64,000 bases of DNA from positions 27,528,001 to 27,592,000 of the forward strand of contig CAIIXF020000001.1 in the NCBI GenBank assembly GCA_903813345.2, given 5' to 3'. The translations under genes and the position numbers were made by a program. The DNA comes from Owenia fusiformis. Its lineage: Eukaryota. Positions 29,601-41,600 of the stretch are shown here, piece after piece; the first letter of the stretch is position 1, and each line of letters starts with the position of its first letter. The notes below the pieces were generated by a model that was not told where the DNA came from, searched no databases, and saw only the letters and a list, made by a program, of their open reading frames with translations.

Positions 29601-32600
29601 TTCTAGGTGGGTTTACTGTCGGCAGTATTCTTGTGGACCCCAATGTGTTGAGAGATCAAGTGATAAGCCAAAACATAAGCCTTACTCCAACTATTGTAAA
29701 TGATATACTCAATGCTTCACTGAATCCTATTGGGGTAAGATTCAAAAAGTTTTAATATCTAGGCATTTCTTGAGTATATTTAGGAATCTAAGTGTACATC
29801 ATTTTGGAGAAATCACTTTTTTGCTATCAAAATATCACAGTTTTGATTATTTGTCGAATTTTAAAACAAGGCCAAGACACCAACATTTCTCAAGGATTAA
29901 TGTTTACCCATAATTCATTTTCAGCTGTTGAACATTGCCACCAATATGTCCAACCCTCTAGGGTCTTTAAACAGGGAGCTAGTTTGTAACACATCGTGGC
30001 TGGAGAATATCCTGGTATTCTCCGACCCCACTACTCTGAACAATGTGTCACAGGCTCTATGCAACCTCACAATGGATGAGATGAACCAACTGCAGGCTGA
30101 TTTTGTGCAGGATTTTGATATCGTCAAAACTCTTACAGAGGTAGGATTTTTTGAATATTAAATGATAGCCACTTCTAAATCATCAATAAATTTTTTAAAT
30201 GAACACATGTTGTTAATGAAAGATTTTCAATATACATGTATGCTATTTGGGATACTCAAGAACAGTTTTCTTAAATATACAATATTTAGTCTTTAAATGT
30301 CTAATACATTAGTACAAATTAGTTCATGAGGATTAACCTATATTCAAAAAATAAGTTAAAGTAAATTTAAAGAAAAGTCAGAATTTTTGTATGATTTGGC
30401 AGGATATCTAGGAAATACCATTTAACTTCTTGAACCCAGGCTCTAAAATCGATTGAAACCAGAGAATTTTTCATTTTGGCAGCTTTTGACATTTTAATAC
30501 AAATATATACAACATGTGATGCTCATTTTAGTGTAATTTTTGTGTAGAGTGTATGAGCATTGTTCAAATAAGAGCAATTTTAGTGAAAAATTTTGTGAGC
30601 GATTATTTCGTCACTCTGGGTTTCAAGGTCATTTCTGAGGTGACAAGAAATCTTGTCATTCTGGGTAATCAAGAGGCTAATACCAAACTCATTTAACAAT
30701 GTTGAAAAATTTACATGACATGACTGTCATTACAGCAGGAGATCATAGACGTCATTTCCATTGTTCTCTGCATATTTCGCGTAGTAATCTACGTTGATTA
30801 GCCCTCGCGATTTTCGCATGAATGAACGTCATGGTTGATGTACCCATTTTTACATGACTGTATCTCCCTCGTATTATATCGGTTTTTCATAAAATAAATG
30901 GTTAGAAAGCTTATATCAAGTACTTTCAGATGGTTTTCTCATTTTTAATCATATTAAAGGTCAAGACTCCAAAGATAAAATCGCAACTGGTTATGTTTAT
31001 TGTAGGTGAGGAACCTGACATGTAACAATGCTGGGGAGTGTGTTAACTTTGATGAGGAAACATTTGAACTGTTCAGGAGATTCTCTCAGGATGTAAGTAA
31101 CTAAGCCTGATAATCATAATACGAGGGCATGGGCATAAATGTACATGGGCTTTAATAAATAGACACATCTGGACTCTGAAATTATAGTACCACATATGGT
31201 CAGTATGTTCTTTATGGTGCCATTTTTATTTAGGTACTCCATGGTACTATTTGAATATGGTACCAACTCTACCTAAAGTGAACTCCCTATCAGCCACTTA
31301 ACTATGCCATACATTGCCACTGTACAATAACCTAATAGTTTCTCCATATACTGATTACTTATACTCCATAAGTGACTTCAACTAGCTGGTTGATTATTTT
31401 CATTAACTGCCCTTCTTACATTCTTATATATTACCTTTCAGCAATTGAAGAATTATAAAACCTTGTATGTATGATAATTGATTGTAATTGAATAAATAAA
31501 TAGCTCTGTCTAATCAGATTCTATCAAATTCTTATTTCTCTAGGTATCCAACCAGGATAGTTTCAATGCGCTGTTTGTTGAGGGGGCTCGCCTGTTGGCA
31601 GACATTCAGATGTTACAGAACAGTAGTAATGCTGATGAGGAATTAAGCATGCTGGTCTGTGGGCGCAGGGAGGGTGCTCTGTTCCCAGCCTCCAGCCTGT
31701 TTGGGGCTTTAACGAATGGGGTGAGTCATTATGTTTCTTCACATGGGTTAAATTGTAAAATTCACTGAAAAATTTGGACAAATCTGTCGTGAGGTTTTTG
31801 GGGAACCAAGCCTTATCAACTTGTCATATCTCAAAAGCCCAAGTAGAGTACTACACAAAGCAGTAACTTGGTTGAGTGGAGTTATACATACTTAGTTTTG
31901 CACTTGTTTTTGGAAATGCAACAAGGTGAAAGTGAAACACTCAGCCCTTGATCCCAAAACTTGCAAAGGTCATTAAAACACCTGGTACATGTAATAAGCC
32001 CGGGCATGGAATGAAATTTTCTCAATGTTGCTTAAGTTTACTTATTTATTCAATGTCAAATCAATGTTATATTTTCAAAAACATAGTACAACACTATGGC
32101 AATTAAAATGGATAAAATTATTGAGTCATTATTGCTATTTAGATACAAAGCTCTTGTGGCCTGGAAGCCTTTATTACCAAGCCAAATCATTTTTGTCAGT
32201 TATGCACAAAACTGTGATTTGCCACCGGACTAGTCAGTCCATTTGGTGCCAAAATTTGGCACCGAAACGGCGTCGAAAATCGGATTGCATTTTGGGGGTG
32301 TACTATTTACATGTGTTTTTGTTAGAACGTATGAAGGCATTTCACAATTCAAATATTTGGAAAAAGAGAAAATTGGTTCTAAAATGTATCTGGAATATGT
32401 TTTTATTACCCATGTCAAAGATACAAATACACATTTCAAAGTTGTTATTGCAAACTAAAATCCATTAGATCTTCCTCCCTTCCTATAGTCAGAGATAGCA
32501 TGTATAGGATTATGTCCAGTGTTTGTGTTATGAATGGCTTGACTGATGGATCCTGCACTCTTTAACATATATACGTCATGTCCTTTGCTTAGCAACCCAT

Positions 32601-35600
32601 TTATGTATTTCTGGAAACACAGGCGTTTATGCATTATTAATGAGTAGTTTCTACACACCAATCAAATGGTAAGGTGCTGGTAGGGTTGGAGAGAGTGGAC
32701 ATCTATTTGCCTGTATCAGTTTCCACAAAAACATGGTCTCTCAATACAAGGCTTCAAAAATTAATTTAAAAAGAAGTGTGGTGTTTTAGTACAACACATG
32801 AACTTTCTTGAATTAAACATAATATGTATAATGGGTGACATATTTGCAAGCAACATTTTAACTTTAAGGTTTTCAACTAATGTACTTTAAAAGATTTAAA
32901 AGATAATTGTATTGTTACAGTATTAATAATTTAAGATGCAGGTCGGTATCAATTCAAAGATAGGATGCTTGTATTAGTATCTGTTGACTTTCTATTATAG
33001 AAAGGCCAATTTCTGTCCTTGAAAATCTATTTTGAATGAAAATCTAGGTACCTTCGGAAAACCGTGCTCTATCTCTATGTATGGTGGTGTTAATTGGTGA
33101 TGGATTCTGGGATAGTCTACAGCCTCCTTTACAGTCTTACCAAGCCATAGATTCTGTATAATGTTCTGAAATAGCAAGAATGTGTGCAATTGAGTGTTGT
33201 TATTACAGAAAAATACAGTTATTTATAATTGAGTGCAGTACTGTACATGCAATGATATTTCTCTAAAATATGTACTTTCATGATTATTCTCAAGACATAA
33301 TATATTATACAAATTGACAATCTGATGAAATTACCAAAATGGCGTAATTCAAGCATCTATTTACTTGAATGATTAATTGCTTACATATGAAATCGCTGAA
33401 TTAATCTTAGAACCACCTGATGCTCCTATGATCAATACCACCCTTCCCTCTCTGTCTGTAATGATAGTTGGAGCCATTGAGGACATTGGTCGTTTTCCTG
33501 GTTTGATGTAATTAGCAGGGGATGCTGGGATACCAAAGTGGTTTAACGTGTAAGGTGTGGCAAAGTCATCCATGTTGTTGTTGTACAAGATCCCCGTCTT
33601 TGTTCCCAGCACTTTTGAGCCATAACTAGAAGTACCAGTCAGATGTAATAAATAATTGTTCAGATTCCTGTTGAACATCTCAATCGTATTTAATGGTGTT
33701 TAAGGAGAAAATAACATTGTAAATCACATGGAAGAGGTCACTGAGAGGATCTCACCTGTTGGTTTGATGAGGATTGATTTTGATTTTAAATTTAGGGACC
33801 CTTATCCAAGTACACTATAGATCTGAATTCATAGAGCCTGAAACACCAAGGCTGACTTACAATGTATTTATGGTACTCGTAAGGGAAACTGCAATCCCAT
33901 CAGGCCCCAGTATTGAAAGGTGTGATGTCCCATGATTCTCAACATTATCATACTCCGCACCATAGTAGTTATAATCATGTGTTTCTTCATCTGTGATAAT
34001 GTCACGTATATGGGCTGCATAGTCTTTGGACATCATTAGTTTTACAATCTGAAATCACCAAAGTGCGGATCAGGTAGGGTAATGGTCACCAGTGTCTGAG
34101 GTATTGACCTTTCTCTAGTATTGTACCATATTCAGTTTCATTAGCAGCAGGCAACAGGCGATTTTCACCAGTTGTTTTTAGGGACTTTTTAACTTTTCCA
34201 TGTTAAATATATGATTTCCATTAATTTTTGCCTGTTGTTTTCATTTATTTAGCCTGTTGTGAGAAATTCTTGTGAAACCCCTTATATTGAACTATAGATA
34301 TAGTTTAATTATTAATATTTATTCTAAACAAGAAGTATTAAATCACAAAATTGATAACCTCATCTGTGTTAGTGAAACGCTCATCTCCCAAAAGAGATCG
34401 TTTGGCAAAAGCAAATTTGAATGCCTCTATTATTCTATGGTAAGTAAGTACTGACTTCTGGGTTGTTGCCAAACTGTCAGCACTGAAGTTATAACCTAAA
34501 ACAACATTTTTATTTTTATTTACATTAAACAATTACATATTTTTAATGTTGTCTAGAGCTTGAAATAGATAATCCATCCACTATATGTTCCTGCCAGACA
34601 TCATCTTCCTTTAAGGAAGAAACATAGTGGATGATACAGGGACCCCTATGTTTGTAGAATGTAAACTACTTGAAACCATATTCAGTCCCTCCGAATAAAT
34701 GAATTACATCTGTTGACAAAGTAATTAGTTTAAAGCCCCTATGTTTGAAAGTGCTAAAGTGCAGTTAACTGCATGTAGTTAAGTTCTGCACAAATTGTCA
34801 TTGTAATGCGAGTCAGTTTATGCAAGTAACTTACCATCTAAAATGTTCAGCACATACAATAGGGTTGCCCCACCAGAGGGAGGTGGAGGACACAATACGG
34901 TGTAGTTACCATTAGCTAGAGTGAGGTTCAGTGCTCTTTTAACCAGCACATTATAACTCCTTAGATCTTTTAAGATGATTCTTCCCCCTATTGAATAAAG
35001 AACATGATCATGTTTTTAATAATTTGAAAGTAGCAGTTTAATCTCCCTCTTACAAGTAAGTAGTACAGTATATGTATGTGATATGTCATAATTTGGCAAA
35101 TGTTGACAAAACAATATCTTCGATATGTTTGATAGATGTATGTGATCGTGATTTGGCGGTCTTATTGTTGCATCAGAATCAACCAATCATAATTAGATGA
35201 GCGTTGATATGACTATTGTAGTCGCAATTTTCTCCCCAAACTTCAGTTAGATACATGTAAATGTACATTATGTGACCGCCTTATTGTAATCTTATTATAG
35301 TCACACTACCCTCACCAAACCAAACCATAATTAGATGTGTGTCAATGTGACAACCTTATTATTACATAACCACACCATCATCATTCTACCTGCTTCTTGT
35401 ATCTCATTGACAACACTCCTTGCCAGGTCCCCATGGTAGAACTCCTGGGCTCCTTTCTCAGCGATCAGCTCCAATGTGTCTGCAAGATCAGGCATTCTCA
35501 TATAATCACCCTCCTGGTAGGGTTCATCTGTGTCAGGGTTGATAAATATCCTGAAATAATATTGACTGGAATTATTCTACTTTAATGAAATTGGATAGGG

Positions 35601-38600
35601 GCTTTAATATAATAATTTACAGGAAATCTATCAGACAGTATGATTTCCTGATATGTTTAGTTAACATACCTGAGGCCACATGGTAGCATTCATATACATG
35701 TGCACTGGTACTACACTAGATTACGCAGACGATTGTACATTTTAAGGTAAAAAGAAAAATCATACCTTCGAGGTTCAGACATTTTGTTACTGAAACAATC
35801 TGTTCCGGTAACCAGCGTAATCGAGTTGAGTACCAGCGTTCAATAAGGTAAGATATTATGTCTTGTTACTCATACTAATTACACACTAACTTCATCCCAG
35901 GGTTCAAAGACTCTCTTGTTTGACGTTCTAATCCAGCTCCCATTGCTTGACCAATCTTAAAGCCCTCTCTGCATATTTCTATAGTAGGCTGGAATAGTGC
36001 CTTCCATGGTAAGGTACCATATAGCTCATGCATCTTTTTGTAACAAATTGCTACTTGGGAAGGGACTCCAATAGCTAACCCACCTGGAAAAAGGGAGCAT
36101 TTTGAGGATTTTCAGCTCTTGGTTAAGATTAAATCCCTGATCAGTTATAACATTTTTAAGACCATGCTAAAATATATGTCTATCAGCTGTGTGCCGAAGG
36201 GTTGTATTTTATGATTACCACTGCACAAAACGAAGTGATAGCAAGGGAGAAATGAATGATTACGTTGATTCAAGGATGTCTCTGGATTACCGAAAATTGG
36301 TCATGAGTTGTGATAAATAAACACCAATTTCTATTTAGTTTGACTTCATCATTATAATTGTGAGAAACATACCTGTTAATGAAGCATCCATGTTTTGAAC
36401 AAACATGTGCGTATTTGAAATAGATGGAGCCTCTTCTCGACAGTCCAATGTCAAAACATCACGCTTTTTACTGAAATATTGCATCAAAGGAAAATCTGTT
36501 TACTTTTTTCATTTGCTTTTGCAATGATACATTTAAGCCTCAGTCACATGTGCTCTACGGCCATCGTACGGTTGTCATAGATTAAATGAGGCTGAGGCAT
36601 AAACCTTAACAATAAAAGGAACACCCACAATAATGGATGATCTTTGCTTGCTGCATATGACATTGATTTGATGATTGCATTTGGTTTATATATTTTTGAA
36701 CAACCCTAAATGAATTTATTGCTCACATTCATGCAGGATAAACTTAAACAAAGACTGCCCAAAACGTGGATAAAAAAGGACATGTCATGTGGCCATAACA
36801 TACCCCCCACAGGAAGAAATTATAACAGTTGCAAACTAATGATGAGAAGTCAGAATAGCGATGTAAATGAAATATGTAGGTCAATATGACTGAAAACACA
36901 GTCGTTATATTAGGCACTTACGTATCATAGATTGTTGCAAGAGAGCCACCTCCAATACCAGCACTCTGTGAATGTAGCACCCCAATGCACAACATAGCAG
37001 CTATAGCTGCATCTACTGCCGAGCCCCCATTGTACATCATATCTCTAGGATATTGAAAATTATTGATGATGTATTCACTGTTTCAGAATTTCTCCAGTTA
37101 AATCAGTATTAAATTCACACATTTTGTAGTGATTGTAGGAAAAGGGTGTAATTTGTAATGATTTAGGTATATTGATGTGTTAATATTGAAGATGATCTGA
37201 AATACTCACTTCCCTATCTTGGAGCATTTTGCATGATCTGTGGCTATTGCTGCGTTTTCATACCTCCCCATTGGAGAGTTAGAGGAAGGAGGTTCATGTA
37301 TCCCATCTCCTAGACCTCTCACATACACCTCATGTAGACTTCTACCACTTGTCTGTCCCTTAAAAAATTTACATTTCATTTATAACAGTATCCCAGTTGT
37401 CAATATTGCCATTATTCTTTCACATGTAAGTTTAAAACTACAAAATACTTAAAGTTCATATGTCATTTAGAATAACTATATAAACCAGGATTTTAGCATG
37501 TACTCATAAAGTTCATAATATACATTTAATTTGTCCTAATGTTCATAGTTCAACTATGAGAATATATATGAATACATGTAGAACCAGTCGCACCTTTCCC
37601 TCATCTTAAGCAAACTGAACAATGCTTATCTAAAAGAGCTACTTACCAAAATCAGAGTGCCTTGTTTTGGAATTTTTGCTTGATAAAAGTAAAGGCTTGC
37701 TAAAATCAAAATACACACCGTAAGAAACAAGTAAAGAAATTGTTTTCCTGACATTGTGAACTTGATAATCGATCAGTAATGTTCTATAATTTAATTTACT
37801 GTACTTATGATAAATGTGAAGGTGCAGGTGCTTTATGTGGGTATCGTTACGGGTATTTAGTTAATTAAACTCCAGATGAAGTCTTGAATCTGCTGTTTTA
37901 GCCATTTTATTTATTATTCTTAATTATAATTATAATATTGTGCAGATTTTCTCGACAACTGTAAGGTCTTGATTTAAATTAAGACAATTATATGGTCTGA
38001 TTTAAGGTACAATATCTACAGTTGGTTGGAAATTTGGTCAAATTTAATGTAGGTCAAACTAGATCAAATCTTATGTTTTCAGCATTTTGTCATTTTTGAT
38101 ATTTTTTGATTTTTTTTTGTCATTTTGAAGCTTGGAAATAGACAATTGGAGAGTGTGCCATTTTCGATTACTCTTACTGATTTTGAGATATCTGAATCTG
38201 AAATCAAAATTGAAATCTGACTTCCGGTTCGCGAACTATGACCTTTTGAAATATCGAAAAATTGATATTATTATATCCCCATGTTAAGTCAACAGCACTG
38301 ATGAAAATTAACGAAATGGGAAATACCAGATACAGATTGGATTCAAATGAATAAGGCAAATGCACTCAATAAGAATAGTATTCATCAAACCTTATGGTTC
38401 TGCAAATAAATTAATATGTAAAGTAAAGCCTGTCTTAGTGAACACCTTTCTCTAGTAGACACCTATCCTCCACACATACCCTAAATTACCTCTGTATAAA
38501 TTACCCTCTCTGTAATGAACACCTACCTACCTACTGTGAACATATTTTATGAGCTCCATAGGTGTTCACTATACACAGGTTTTACTGCATATTTCAATAC

Positions 38601-41600
38601 GAAACAGATTGGAGAAAATAAACTACAAAGTTAACAGACAGTTATGCAATGGATTCTTTCTGTGTTTAGACTTCTGGAGCTATGCCGGATTTCAGCTCTT
38701 ACCAACAGGGAGCATTTGAGAGACGTAGGAAGAAACGTGATACTGATGACAGTGACACCTATCAGAGAGACAACACAACCAGTAAGACTTAACTTTATTT
38801 CATAATTTGAAAGTTAAACATTCTTCAGTTAATTATTGATATAAAATATTAATTCAAATCAGTAATTTTTCCATTATTCTGCCATTTGCGCATTTAGTAT
38901 TCTACATGAATATATGATGTTTTTGATGAGATTAAAAATAGAGGCTAATAATGAAAACATATAATGAGCATTTATATTACAGCTGACTATTGCAATGACC
39001 TCGAGGCCAGTCTGAAAGATAATGCTGCCACCAGGGTGCTCTGGAACCAGGTTAAACCTCTCATCAGGGGTAAGGTGCCCTTCACACCAAACACTCCTGC
39101 CGTTCAGAAAATTGTCAAAATGGTAGGTTGTGTTGTTAAATAAAAGGATAAGAGTAACTCTTATTATCCCACCGAACAAAGTTTATAGGGATATATAGAA
39201 GCTGTCTTTCCATTTGTTTATCCTTTTGTTCGTTCATGTGTCTGGGCGATAACTCAGATACTGGTCGATGGATTTGATTTAAACTTTTTTTAGCCTTATG
39301 CCTTATGGGTGTAGGACTGTTGAAAATGACAAGGTATTTAATAAATATATTTTGTTCTGTGGGATTTGCTACTCTAGGAGTTGCTGTTTTCAAGTTAAAC
39401 CACATTTGAAAGAATATTAATTACACATATTTAATGAATACTCAAATTAATCACGTTGCCATGGTGTGTCATCAGCTCCACATACTATTGACTGACAATG
39501 CATTTCACAGTTAACTTTTATTGACCATTGATTGACCAATCAGAGTTTAGAAGTTCATTTGAAGTAATTGAAATATGTGTTATTCACATTTTAGGCGAAT
39601 GGTACATTCGAAGATATTGGTAGAATTCGCACTCTAGCAGAGGCCTGGTTGGAAAATGAACCAGCTATCTATAACTTCCTTGACACCAACCCTGCTGTCA
39701 GAGGTGCCTATGTAAGTTACCTTTCAAACAATCTTTAATAGATCAACTAAAAATGTGTAAACCTGTAGAATTTAATCTAAAATCTAAATTTAATAAAAGT
39801 TCTTAAGTTGTATGGTTGTATGATCGATAATTCATGATATTAGGATCATTTAAGTTCTAATGTCTCCTCTCAGGTCAAAGGTAATCCATTCCTCTCTTAC
39901 TTCAGATAATTATGAACACCAGGTGCCAAGCAGGGGAAACATGGGCTTGTGTATGGGCCAGGTTTCTCTACAATGGACCTAAGGCCCCTGGCAGCTATGA
40001 CTGGAGGGACAGTATTAAGTCTGTCACTGATATACTCAATATGACCAAATCTCTTGTTGAGGTAAGGCAGTTCAAATGACAGTTGTGTGATAATACAAGT
40101 TATGTTGACATTCAAATGTATCTCAGTGGAGTAGATTTGAGTAAAAAGATGCACAAATTGCCATTGTATAAAAATGACCAGATTGTGTAAAAATATGAGT
40201 TATGTTGAGATTCGAATATATCTCTGTCGAGTAGGTATGAGTATACAGATGCACAAAATCGCAATGTATGTTTGTTTTTTATTTCAGTGTTTTGAGGTTG
40301 AGAAATTTGTTGGCTACGACAATGAAACTGAACTGGTAAAAGCTAGCTGGAAACTTATATCAGAAAATAAATTCTGGGCAGGTATGTTTATTGTCTAATA
40401 CTCAGCTATAAAGCTCTCTTATTGGCCAGCTATAAAGCTCTCTTATTTGCCAGCTATAAAGCTCTCTCATTGGTCAGCTATAAAGCTCTCTCATTGGTCA
40501 GCTATATAAAACTCTCTCATTGGTCAGAATTAACGTGGTGATATGAAACTGAATTTCATGACTCTATACATTCCAATGTTTTAAACAACCCATTATCAAT
40601 GGAAATTAAAATATAAGAAACTAAATATATTTTGAATTGAAAAATCACATTTTATTAACAAAAAACATATTTGTTATACAAAAACAAATTGATAACAAGT
40701 CAGAGTCATTTTACTAAATTGCCCCACGTGTTGTTTAAGCTATTGAGTTTGATGCTGACCAGTTTGGTGATGATGGTGAAACTATTCCCCAACACCTTAA
40801 CTACAAGATTAGGATGGAGACCAAGCGAGTAGACAGCACAAAGTCACTCATGGACAGGTATGTGAATGACGTTATGAGGAACCACGCTCTTTCATTTAAA
40901 GTTAAACAGTAAATAAAATTTAATGTTTATTCTAGTATACTAGAATATACTATATATTTTGTTACAGTTTATGGAATAATACTTTACAAACCTTTTTGGT
41001 TTTTAATTTATCGTAGCAGCAACTTATGCATTTGGTTGACAGTATAATGTATGTTGAAATAAACTCCAAAATCTGTTTGAAACCAACTTTTTGTTTTCAA
41101 ATTCAATAAAATGACCTGAATATAATTTTACTTGAAATATGGAAAATTTGGAGGCTTCCTTCTTATCGTAAAATTCTGTCACTCGAATGGTAGTTGGGAT
41201 TTAATGATATTTTTCTCTAGATTTTGGAGACCTGGGCCTAGGAGGCGCCCAACATGGGACATGAAGTATGCAACATCTGGGTTTGTCTACCTACAAGATG
41301 TCATAGATCATGGGTTCAATAGACTGATGGACAATCACACAGAACGTGTGGGGGTCTATGTACAACAGTTCCCATATCCTTGTTATATATATGATACGTG
41401 AGTCAAGTGATGATATACTTGAGTTGCATGCTTTGCTTTAATGTCTTCCCCATACACTCAGCTTGGACCTTTTGCCTTATACATGTAGATACTGACAGGC
41501 ATGAAAAAGCATGAAAAGGAAATTTATATTATATACTAGCCTCGTATATGGAATGTTGTTATGATGTTAATAGTATAATTTAAATATGATTATTTATAGG

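Noticed and set aside
32025-32468. 147-aa plus-strand ORF in ABCA intron 8
   Set aside because: No domain features or fitting splice phase; it overlaps the presumed GGT 3' UTR.
35766-35789. Possible 24-nt GGT microexon (minus strand, NKMSEPR) and a neighbouring exon-like piece at about 35670-35715
   Set aside because: Direct splicing 35891>35550 already gives a GGT of normal length. The second piece cannot be phased without a stop or frameshift, and there is no transcript evidence.
39874-39880. ag|GTCAAAG|gt micro-exon-like site in an ABCA intron
   Set aside because: Seven nucleotides would break the frame, and the flanking exons join in phase without it.
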